Source: Botryllus schlosseri (Eukaryota). From it: DNA of 60,000 nucleotides. The stretch is from NCBI GenBank assembly GCA_051294905.1, contig CM119371.1, forward strand, positions 15,564,001-15,624,000. Direction: 5' to 3'. The position numbers and the translations under genes are program-made. The notes under the pieces were generated by a model. It searched no databases. It was not told where the DNA came from and saw only the letters and a list, made by a program, of their open reading frames with translations. Positions within the stretch are counted from its first letter, which is position 1; every line of letters starts with the position of its first letter. Shown piece after piece: positions 48,991 to 60,000 of the stretch.

Positions 48991-51019
48991 TCTCTCAGGA
49001 TGGGTCATATCACAACAGTACACACCGTTGGCATATGAATTGAGTAAACAATCAACATAATACTAAAATAAAGAAGCATCTTCATAGTGGGGGCAGAGGG
49101 CCTGAGGTCTTTAGCGCTAGTTTCGCCTCGCACTGTTTAAAAGAGTGTTATTGGCTCTCCTGAACTAAGCCGCATGCTTTCTAGTGAATAATTGAAGAGG
49201 TTATCCTTATTTGAATGTAATCGTTACGTTGCGGAAGATGTAGTACTGTAATGTAGGGTCAATGTACCCATAGCAGCATCATTTCATCTCAATGCATACT
49301 GGTACAATTTCCATTTACAGAGAGGAATTAAGGTAAAAAGATAGCATATTTTTCCCCCGAAATTCATCAAAGTAATCACAGACCCCTAATTACCTTCTCA
49401 CGGATCCCAGGTTGGGAACCACCGATGTAGCCAGTGAAATTTGGAATAAAGTATCTTCGCATTTACCAAATCAGTTGCCGAACAACTGAAAACCATGTGT
49501 GTGTGTTTGTGTGATACCTTTGTGTGTTATGTTCTTGCAACCATTGCTAGCCTGACGTCAAATGTCGCTCCGATTAATTAATTAGTCGTTTCGGAATCGA
49601 ATCTATTTACGGGTTTTTAAAGGTGACTAGTTCTAGTGCTAGTTTCGAAATTGGAAATGTAAGTAGTGCCAACTCTTGCTCAATTTTGAGAAGCGTTCAA
49701 GTTCTAGCTGCACATTTAAAAACAAACAAATTTATTACTGAGCAACTATAATGCACCTGTCATCGTTTGGCTTGAATCTTGGTATTGGTGTTCTGTTGTA
49801 TGATATTTTTGCCGCTCCCGCTCCGATTTTAAACTCGAAACCCCATCCTTTGGTATTTTTTAGCTCATTTACAATTGAATAATTCAGAATCCAGTTGTGT
49901 TTAAATTAGATAGTTGCGGATTTTTAGCGGTCGTCGGATCTTGGTATAGTATTTGGGAGTTTTGAAATTCCAGTTGTTTCTACGAGTCCGACGCTTCCGG
50001 GCTGGATTGTAATGGCTATTGTTGGAGACACTTCAACACAGTACAGAGCCGATATCTGATTCAATTCGATTGAACAGGCCTAATAAGAGTTCAGGATTGA
50101 TGCATTTGTAACCAACAGATCCAAACACCGTCTACACGCGATATCTTAGTGATACCTGCTGCATCTGAGTGATCCCTGATTGCGTGATTGAAAAGTATAA
50201 GCATACCTTGCTTAACTCGCGGTTACGCCGCCATTCGTTCTCTCCACAGAAGGATACTGCTCACCTTCAGATGCACCAAATCAGGTGTGCGCTTGGCAGT
50301 CTCTGCGGAGTGCTGCATTGATTTGTATCGCGTTATGCTGTTTTGCAAGCGGTTCTGCGCAGTAAGTATCGCTGGCAGCTGGTCGTAGTCCAGTTGAGAG
50401 CTGGCTGTAGAAGTTTACGTGCCATCGGGTCGTGACGTGACCCTCGGAAGAGCTTTGAAATCAGCGGCCGCAGTGGGTGCGACGAAAAGTCATCTCAGAG
50501 TACATTAAGCCTGTTGAAGTTTCGTTGAGTGGTTTGTTTTCTTGCCGCATCGAGTGTACGCCAATTTCTCTGTACAGCTGGATGTAATTTCTTTCTGGCA
50601 TTTCTCCAAATTTTTGCATATACTTTTATGTTATTACTTTTGTTATTGTTTCGTTGTTTGTTGAATATATATCTTTTCGTTCTAATTTTGTCTGCATCTC
50701 CAGTTCGACTTGTGAAGAAATATGAGAGGGTTAGAATAACAAGCAGGCAGAGAAATTTGGTCGTCGTCGTTCTTCCTTCCAGTTATTGCTTGAAAGATTA
50801 ACCCTGGTATGTTGTGGTGAGCTGGGGGGTCAACCTCACTCGATTGCCGACATCAAATATGAGACACGGCTCTACACATTATTTCGAATTGTATGCGGGC
50901 AGGGGTGGTCAAAGTGGTCAATAATTAGGGTTACCCCATGTCATCCCAGGACGCCCAAATGTCCTCCGTTTTCACAATTCTCACTCTTAAATAGCTTTGA
51001 GAGTCTGGTGATCATTAGA

Positions 51020-51770
51020 CAGTGTTGGGATCACTTGACTTGAGTCACCTTTTTCGTATGACTTGACTTGACTCAATTCACTTTACAAAATTGACTTGAC
51101 TCGGCGTTTCAGAAATGTCGATTGGCTTGTGACTCTGAGCAAAATTCACGAGTCAATTTCAAGTCATCAAGTAATCTGTGTCGATAAATATTTTAATAAA
51201 TCGACCACAAACGAAGTGATCGAAGCTTACAGCTTACGTTGTCGTAAACCAGTAGTAAAGTAATTTAATAGCAACATATCAATTTTTGTTCTCTGTTCTT
51301 ACCTTAGCCAAACCTCTTGTTTTATTGAATTTGAATTCTAATATAGTTTATATACTCCCAACCATTGGCGCAGGCTCAATTTGTATCATATCAATATGTA
51401 AATGGGTAATGTATTGCATCTTATCAATTCGTTTCTCTATTTTGGCTGGTGACTGTAAACTGAGGCTAACGTAGTTTAACAGTTCTACGTATATGTGAGC
51501 GATACAGTGCCTTCTTGCGTGTATATTCAACTCGATATTTGTTCATCGATTCAGAATCAATGACCACTAAATCTGCATTTCCAACAGCTATCAAAATGCA
51601 ATGACGTAATCATGCCTCATACTTCGAAAATGCAACTTGACTCATAACTTAACTCGAGTCACCCCCGAAAATCAAGTGACTTGACTCAAGTAACCTTCGA
51701 AAATCGATTCACTCGAGTCAGAATGTGCAATGACTCGTGACTCGGAGGTAGAGACTTGATCCCAACACTG
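51020..51770 (+). mobile_element. non-autonomous hAT-like element (GACTCGAGTC family) with both ends
   Basis: TIRs cagtgttgggatca / tgatcccaacactg with dense gactt/gactc repeats; TSD not preserved. Confidence 0.8.
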
Positions 51771-52290
51771 GTAGAGAAACAACTATGCCATAATAGCCTT
51801 GAAATCTCGGTTTGGACGGCAAGGTGGACTAAAACAAAGTTCAACTTCAACCAATTACAAGTGAGGACGGGTCTTGGGGAGTCAAATGACATTTTTTAAG
51901 CCTCTTCCGGATCTCAGAATATGGTGCCCCCACATTGCTACTCCAGTAGAGGAAATGCAGTGAATTACTAAAAGCAGCTATTTCCAAGAAATGAAAAACT
52001 ACTTTATGTAGAGCTAGAAAATGAAAGCAGTCTGGTAAGTAGAATTTTTCGAGATGTCGCTTACATTCAATAGTGCAGGGTTACCTTCAAAACTGAATCG
52101 CGGAAGGCGCAAAGAAAATTTTGAGGTTTAATAAATATCTCTATAACATTTGGGAGCCAATTCAAATTTCTAGTTAACTGCTGCCAACAAAGGTAATTAA
52201 ATTATCTGTAAACGGCTGCACAGTTTTTGTTCTAACGGCCGCAACTCCATACCTTCCCCCTAACTCAAGGGCGCTGACATTCCGATGCTA

Positions 52291-53050
52291 CAGGGTTGTA
52301 ATGACTCGAGTCACGATTTTTTTATGACTCGACTTGACTCGAGTCATTTTCTTGAAATGGGAAAATGACTCGACTCGACTCGAGTCATTACGCATGACTC
52401 GACCCAAGTCATTGACTCGGCTTATTTTATATGACTTGAAGATGAAGAAATTTCCGAATCGTAATGGCTAGATCAACGCATCCGACGAATTCTGCCGACT
52501 CGCTATTTGTCACCACTGCTTTCGTTGCACTTGTCTGATATCAGATATGCCACCGTTTAAACAACAGAAAATGATACATAGTAAGAGGTAATAGATCCTC
52601 CGCAATTAAAGTACTCAAGACTTTTCAATTATGCAAGCAAACAATTGAAGCAAAGTTCAATTAGAGCCAATGAAATGACTCAGATGGTCAAGAGACTGAT
52701 AAGCTCATGTGTAGATTTGAAGGCGATGATTCTTTGCATTTTTGGGCGACTAGAAAGAATGAGTATTCAATGCTCTTCAGTGTGGTTCAAAAATGCTTGT
52801 CAATTCCTGCATCTAGTGGAACGTGTATTCAGTAGATGTGGATTCATTCTACGGCCATGCCGCTTTAACATATCTGAGGATCTCCTTTCTACATTAGTAT
52901 TTTTGAGGTGTAACTCATTGATTTGATCTGCAGTCTGTGAAAACACACAATGCCCCTTGTCCATTTAACGTTTTCTTAGGTATGTGCATTGTGCACGTGA
53001 GTATAATAATGAATGGCTAATTTTGTGTGATGTTTGTACAATATGGCTGT
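52291..53050 (+). mobile_element. hAT transposon remnant including the C-terminal dimerisation domain
   Basis: cagggttgtaatgactcgagtc terminus; VERVFSRCGFILRPCRFNISEDLLSTLVFLRCN in ORF 52645..52926. Confidence 0.8.
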
Positions 53051-53659
53051 TCTAAAATAACTTATTTTTTATTTTACTGGGTGGTTACTTGATAAAATTG
53101 TTATGTTGCATAAAAGGAACACTGAATCTGGCTTCATTTGAAAAAAGTGGAATCAATGATGTGAGAGGAGAATATTTTTGATTTGAATAAATGGAGTATT
53201 TTAGTGAGAAATTCTTTCATATAATATAATTATATAGTAGTAAGCCGACTATTTTTTCATATCCGAAACATTCTACTCTAATAACTTCACTTTTTCTAGT
53301 TGGAATTGAGTCAAATTTGCTATGAATCATATTTTTACACAATGTAACAATATCATGAGATAGCCGGTAAAATTCTAAAATCTCTATTTGTAATTAGTCT
53401 AAAATTTTATTTCATAGAATTGCTTTCTATTGGTTGGAATCGAGCCAAATTTGATTTTTTAGGCAATCTAGCAATTTTAAGAAGTAGCCGGAAAATTTGG
53501 AAAATGTTTTTGAACAGCCCCATTGTACAATTATTTATCCAATGCTGTAAGTGCGATGTAGTCTGTAATGCAATTGGGAAAACCTCAAGTATAATCAAAA
53601 GGTATCTGTTCTGTTGTCACTGCACAATGCACATAGTTGCATGCACGCTTTTACAGCAT

Positions 53660-53855
53660 CCCAGCAAACACAGAATATATCGCAGATATATTTGGTATAT
53701 GCCTCAACTGCTACAAAATATATCTAGTCATATGTATAGTTTATATAAATCTGTCGACACATTTGCACATATATAGGATATCTTCAAAGATGCCTGTATG
53801 ACATCGTCATGATACCTTCAAAGATACCTGTATGACATTGTCATGATATCTTGCT
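53660..53855. mobile_element. MITE-like end (cccagcaaacac) with a ~34-bp tandem duplication, interrupted by the next element
   Basis: Terminal motif plus duplicated cttcaaagat(g/a)cctgtatgacat(c/t)gtcatgata. Confidence 0.35.
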
Positions 53856-53866
53856 TGACCCTAGAT

Positions 53867-55373
53867 CAGGGGTTCTCAACTTCCCATGTATAACGGGCCG
53901 CATTTTAGCAGCAAAAGACGCCGCGGGCCGCAGATCATTATTACCATGTATTTGTTGGCTACTATTAAATTTAAGCTACTGTAGCCTATTTGCTAGTCGT
54001 ATACGGGCGTTTAGTATATTGTTATGAATTCTATGGCAATAATGGACAGCTTTCGTAAGTTCGCAGTTGCTGTTTTTTGTGAGAATGTGTTTCTCCCAGC
54101 GGCGCATTATGGTAACTTCTTCGTTACTTAGAGGCCAATATCACTTTGAGCTCTCAGTGATAATAAGAGAAGTCTGGCGTTTCAGGGTCAGCAATAGTTA
54201 CTGAAGTCAGCTTTGTCAAGTCGATGTTTTTCGCTGGTAAATATTCCCTATAATTTTTCACGAGTCTGCGCGCACTCACCAACTCACTGCACAGTCTGTT
54301 GCACAGCAGTGCATAAGGACTAAATACAAAAAGGTCATCACTTCGGATTTTTGTGCGCAGCTTAGATTTTCTGTGCGCAGCGACTGTGTCAGCACTGCGC
54401 AATTGCGCACGTGCGAAGCTTAGAGGAAACCCATCCCCACGTTTGCCTTGCCAACATTTCCTCTGGAAACATGTCCACTCTGATAAAATGCACCCAGATA
54501 ATTAGCTATGCAACGTCTGTGGAATCGATGGATTCGTCCAATGCTAGGCTAATATGGTCTACGAGGCGACGTGTAATAAGAGATCGACTGACATTGCTAT
54601 GCTACTCTTTTGATCACGGTTGCATCAGACAACCGTAGCTTCGAAATTTGTCATGTGATGGTATCATTGATGCTAAGTTGCGGAAACAGCGAATATTCGC
54701 ACAGTATGTCATAGTTTTTTTGAAATTACGCCTTCTCTAGCAGATTGCCATGGTTTAGCGATATTACAATGAGTCTGTAACGTCGTCGGCAATTTTAACA
54801 ATGCCTCGAAATATGGATTGTTCGGCTTGAGACATAGCTAGCAACGTTTTTCAAGATCAGGCGATATGCATAACTCCGAAAGAAACATTCGCTACATCAT
54901 TTTAAGCTTATACGCTTCGTTACGACAATTGTTCTTCGACAAATATGACAAATCGGATTTCCATTTGTATCTGAGAAAGTAAAATCATTTTTTCACGCAG
55001 TGTGTTACAAACACAGTTGTCGCCGTTTAATTTGCCGTTCCTTTTTCTTGCTTCTGTTCAAACCATTCTCAGTGAGTGAAACATTCTTTAAAAGTGTACT
55101 GGAAACGCAGCGGGATTCTCTTGAACCCGAGTCCAAAGAAGAATGCCAATTAAAAAAATATAAACTCGAGAATATCTCAAGAAACCATAAAACATCAAAG
55201 AATGGGTATTCAAACGACAATAGAGACGGTACGATAAGAGAGCTAAGTAGCTAAATTATTATACAAAATACTGTGTCAGTAGTATATGTGTTCATAATGA
55301 AAGATGTCGCGGGCCGCAAGAAAAGCGTCTGCGGGCCGCATGCGGCCCGCGGGCCGCGGGTTGAGAACCCCTG
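53867..55373. mobile_element. non-autonomous hAT (Buster/Charlie-type) transposon
   Basis: TIRs caggggttctcaac / gttgagaacccctg; gcgggccgc motifs; 8-bp TSD ccctagat (53859-53866, 55374-55381). Confidence 0.93.
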
Positions 55374-56059
55374 CCCTAGATGAACCCCGGCCCTAGGTGA
55401 CCCCTGATCCTAGTTGGATACCTGCCACATCCTGCACTGCACTTATCAATGAAGACTGATTGATAATTTTACAAATCATGCATGGTTTTGTTCGTGTATT
55501 GAATCAGTACAGAACTGAGCAATCACTTCAGCAAATATTGCTGCTTAAGCTTAAAGTCCATTAATCGTTGTCGGTGTCGGAATTGTCAGACCCTGTGATG
55601 ACAACCTTGCTCCTGTTATCTTCTTTATCGCCACCCTATAACATAAATCAGTAGATTACTACAATTGATTATTATCACTGTAGAACAAAAGTCGTTATGT
55701 GTTTTGTTGTGAGTAAAGGGGGATGGTGATCCAAGTCACATTCATCAAAAGACTTCAAGCCCTCTTTCAAAAGCAACACGACCTTTACTTTTACACTGAA
55801 GATATAATTAACGCAGTTACGCTTTCAAGATGAGAAACCAGAACCTGTTCAATAATGCCTGTCATTATGGAGGCGATTTTCATGTCATTGACGTCATAAA
55901 GTGATGCTGCTGGAAAACATATTTCAAAACCTATAGTTCGGGCACGGGGCGAAGATTCTTCTTTACATTATCATTTTATTATTAATATGTTAATACTTGC
56001 CTGTGAGAGGCTGATGTGATAATGTTCGCTCATTCCATGTACGGCACAGTAAATATATG

Positions 56060-56352
56060 CAGTGGTTCCCAAACTGGGGTCTGCGAGACAATTTTTAAGA
56101 CCGCTAACTACCTTCCAAAAATTCACACGATCCAGAAATTTTCGGATATTTTAATTTCCAGAATATCAAAATTTTCAGACAGTTATTGTCTGAACCAGAA
56201 TCGAAGTTGACCCAAAATTATTTTGTAAATCAACATAAAGTAGAGTTATTCAAATTAAATTTTAACCGCCCCGTGCGAGACATATGCGAACCGAGGGGAA
56301 GAATTTCAATGGCCGGTTTCGTGAATTTTCTTTAAAAGTTTGGGGACCACTG
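56060..56352. mobile_element. hAT MITE
   Basis: TIRs cagtggttcccaaact / agtttggggaccactg; TSD imperfect. Confidence 0.75.
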
Positions 56353-56392
56353 ATATACAGTTTTCTGAAGATGAGCGGTAGCAATAATTCTA

Positions 56393-57398
56393 CAGGGTTG
56401 GTGCGATGACATGCAAAATAAGGTCAAAAACATGCAAAATAAGGTCAGTCGCGACATGCAAAATAAGGTCAGTCACATGCAAAATAAGGTCAGTCGCATG
56501 CAAAATAAGGTCAGTCGCGACATGCAAAATAAGGTCAGTCACATGCAAAATAAGGTCAGTCACATGCAAAATAAGGTCAGTCGCGACATGCAAAATAAGG
56601 TCAGTCACATGCAAAATAAGGTCAGTCACATGCAAAATAAGGTCAGTCGCATGCAAAATAAGGTCAGTCGCGACATGCAAAATAAGGTCAGTCACATGCA
56701 AAATAAGGTCAGTCACATGCAAAATAAGGTCAGTCACATGCAAAATAAGGTCAGATGCATGCGAAATACGGTCAGTCGCCACATGCAGATTGCGGACTAT
56801 AAGGTCAGTGGCACAAGAAAAAAGTCGGATTTGAAGTAAATATTTGGATTTATACACGGACTGTTAATATTCTAGATGCGACTAATCACCCCGTAATCGA
56901 GATAATCGTCTGATTATGTTTTGTTTTAAACATCTTCACCTTTAGGATATAGATGAGGAATCTCAATCATGAAATTACTATATAGGAAAGATATTTTAAA
57001 TGTATTTTTCATAAGAGAAAGACTTGGATTTCTAATTAAAATATGGATTTGGATTTACGCGCCGACTGATAATAATATTCTACATGCGACTGACTTCGTA
57101 ATCAAGATAATCATGATTATCTTTTGATTGAAACATCTTAAGACTTAGGATATAGATAAGGAATTTCACTGTTGAAAGTAGGCTACTATACAGGAAAGAT
57201 ATTTTGAATTTCGTTTTCATAAGAAAAAGAGTTGGATTTGGAGTTGAAGTATAGATTTGGATTAATGCGCGGACTGACCTTATTTTGCATGTCGCGACTG
57301 ACCTTATTTTGCATGTGACTGACCTTATTTTGCATGTCGCGACTGACCTTATTTTGCATGTATTTGACCTTATTTTGCATGTCATCGCACCAACCCTC
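56393..57398. mobile_element. foldback-like element: inverted termini with 21/24-bp tandem subterminal repeats
   Basis: agggttggtgcgatgacatgcaaaataaggtca at left and its reverse complement at right; ~16 units of catgcaaaataaggtcagtc(a/gcga) left, ~5 inverted units right; internal ~220-bp direct duplication. Confidence 0.75.
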
Positions 57399-57618
57399 CT
57401 CCAGTTTTTGGCTTTTTACCGACTCACGGTACAGCGTCTGTCTCCGTCTCACGCTACGACGGTACCTGTGATATGCGGCCCGTACGTTCATCGCTTCATT
57501 TACTCCAAGGCCATTATATCTACAAGAAAAAACTACTACAAGTCACCATAAACATCGATTGGCTGTCGAATAAACATTACAACTCGATACCATCTGCTAG
57601 CAGCGTGTTCTCCTATAC

Positions 57619-58052
57619 CAGAGATGAGCGGATTTGAAATTTCTATGTCCTAATCCAATCCAAATCCGAACCTTCAAATCCAAATGCAAATTCAAATCCG
57701 TAACTTTTTCATATTCAAGTCCATGTCCAATCCTAATCCGATTCCAACTGGAAGTTCAGAAAAAATATCAATTTATGCAATGAAGGGATTCGAAAATTTT
57801 CTTTCACAACCAACGATTCACTTGATTCAAGATAACTTAGTGACCATAAGTACATTAATAACTGATCAGTATAAAGTTTGTCGCCATTCGCCACACGACA
57901 TTTCAATCTCCCAGAAAATAGGTAAATCCAATCCAAATCCTAATCCGTTCCGAAAAAAATGTCTAATCCAAATCCAATCCAAATCCGACAAAATTTCACA
58001 AATCCTGTTTTTTCAAAACCTAATCCTAATCCATGCTCATTGCTCATCTCTG
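57619..58052. mobile_element. hAT MITE with AATCC subterminal repeats
   Basis: TIRs cagagatgagc / gctcatctctg; 8-bp TSD tcctatac (57611-57618, 58053-58060). Confidence 0.92.
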
Positions 58053-58763
58053 TCCTATACTCAATGTTATTGTTGATTGTCGAGCGGGTGAGAGAGGGAG
58101 TGAGAGATAAAGAGAGAATTCATTTATTTGTCAACCAGCGAGTAAAGCAATGATTGCGGCATGTCCATGATTACAGCAACACAGTGAAAGCAAATTTAAT
58201 TATAAATATAGTATAGACGCTTAACTGATAATACAGGTAATAACGGTTGAGACACCGGAGAGCAGAGATGGTCTTATTCGCACATTTCCGAATCCACCCG
58301 GCTCCGGCTTGCCATTTGAAATTCAGTGTCCGAAGAATTTTGGAGGAAGGGTTTTTAGAGTCCAAAAAGGCCGTCTGAAATCATGCTAATTTCTCATACT
58401 TCAGTGGAAAATCATGCTATCTTCTACTTTCAATGCGAAATCACAATCCGGATCCATTCGACAAAATACACTCTTGCGTACAGACTTGGACAACTAGAAC
58501 ATTTTCAGCTTTTCCAAATTAGATCAGAATTAGATTACTGGCACTTCGCTCTAATTTAGTGCAATTAGACTACAATTATCTAGTTATCCAAGTCTGCCTG
58601 CGTGCTTTTGTCTTTCTGATTCGATTTTGATTGTTGGAAGTTGTTTTGTAATTTTACCAGTCCACAAGCTAAAATGTTGAGCACCACTATTATTAGCAAG
58701 TCAAACTCTTCAGTCAGCTTCAAGCCTTGCCAACTCTAACCTGGCATGTGTACATGTACATGT

Positions 58764-60000
58764 CAGTGTTGGGATCAAGTCACTACCTTCGAGTCACGAG
58801 TCATTTCGAGTCATTGCACATTTTGACTCGAGTCAAGTCAAGTCAATCGATTTTCGAAAGTGACTCGAGTCAAGTCAAGTCACTCGATTTTTTGAGGTGA
58901 CTCGAGTCAAGTCGAGTCAAGTCAAGTCAACTCACGAGTCAAGTCACAATTCAAGTCAAGTTGCCTTTTGGAAGTATGAGGCATGATTACGTGATTGCAT
59001 TTTGATAGGTGTCTGATATACAGAGTGAATGGTCAGGTCGTCATTGATTTTGAGCCGATGAACGAATATAGAGTTAAATTATAGATAACTAACCTACGGA
59101 TAGATGGGCAACACGAGAGTCACGGTCGAGTGATGCGACAACGGCAGATTTGTTGTCGCTTCATAGCATGAAACGGGAGCGTAATTGCTAAGCCCATAGA
59201 TGACGACCCGAGCGCTCAAATTAAATAAAGTTGATCTTATTTGAAAGCTACAGTCGCGCTGATTCTGATAATATACATTAAATTTTCATCAAGGCAATGG
59301 AACCACCCAGAAATAGCCTTCAAAATATGAAAATTGGCATTGTTCTAAAACAATTGCAACGGCGCAGCACAATGACCATAACAACGGTCCGTGCGTGGTT
59401 GCGATTGTTTAGAACAATGCCGATTTTCATATTTTAAAGGCTATTTCGGGGTGGTTCCATTGCCTTGATGAAAATTTAATGTATATTATCAGAATCAGGG
59501 CGACTGTAGCTTTCAAATAAGATCAACTTTATTTAATTTGAGCGCTCGGATCATCATCTATGGGCTTAGCAATTACGCTCCCGTTTCATGCTATGAAGCG
59601 ACAACAAATCTGCCGTTGTCGCATCACTCGACCGTGACTCTCGTGTTGCCCATCTATCCGTAGGTTAGTTATCTATAGTTAAATATACGCGCAAGAAGGC
59701 GCTGTATCGCTCACATATACCTAGAATTGCTAACCTACGTGAGTAATAGCATAGCCTCAGTTTATAGTTACCAGCCAAAATAGAGAATAGAGAAACAAAT
59801 TGATAAGATGCAATACATTTACAAATTGATATGATACAATTCGAGCCTGCGCCAATGTTTGAAGACAATAATAAACTATATATTTGAATTCAATTTCAAT
59901 AAAACAATAGGTTTGGTTAAGGTAAGAACAGAGAACAGAAATATACATTTTGCTATTCAATTACTTTACTCTGCTAGTTTGCGACAACGTAAGCTTCGAT
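58764..60000 (-). mobile_element. GACTCGAGTC-family hAT-like element, runs off the window
   Basis: cagtgttgggatcaagtcactacc terminus; reverse complement of 3345-3967 and 51200-51770. Confidence 0.8.
59080..59677. mobile_element. near-perfect palindromic MITE, P-element-like termini, nested in the previous element
   Basis: ~290-bp arms tatagataactaacctacgg / ccgtaggttagttatctata; TSD gttaaat (59073-59079, 59678-59684); empty site in the other two family copies. Confidence 0.85.

Noticed and set aside
56390..56857. Longest ORFs in the track (142-155 aa periodic peptides) as genes, or the array as a CRISPR
   Set aside because: Pure tandem repeat without unique spacers, mirrored in inverted orientation at 57272-57398; the open frames follow from the 21/24-bp periodicity.

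Overview
AT-rich, repeat-dense eukaryotic (metazoan, probably marine invertebrate; taxon is inference only) genomic DNA with no long single-exon ORFs. Bases 1-30.5 kb are a mosaic of degenerate tandem segmental duplications. Read by hand for splice sites, they hold a + strand gene that begins upstream of the window and has 35 small GT-AG exons of 11 recurring types plus one chimeric exon. Order: B C A B C A B D E F A B D E F A B D E F C* A B D G H I J K B D G H I J. Exon phases chain in frame: 852 codons without a stop from 129 to 21333, and about 1220 codons to a TAG at 30533-30535 if one 2-nt deletion in exon D4 is corrected. The product is a Ser/Pro/Lys/Arg/Glu-rich, probably disordered repeat protein that I do not recognise. 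Its introns carry hAT, pogo and Tc1 MITEs, SINEs, and inverted-repeat Penelope-like insertions with minimal hammerhead ribozyme motifs. An inverted paralog of exon J lies at 33.3 kb. Bases 33.8-60 kb are largely decayed transposons: Gypsy LTR, L1/Tx1 and CR1-group LINE remnants, hAT MITEs with 8-bp TSDs, a P-like palindromic MITE and a foldback-like element. No rRNA, intact tRNA, CRISPR array or prokaryotic features were found.
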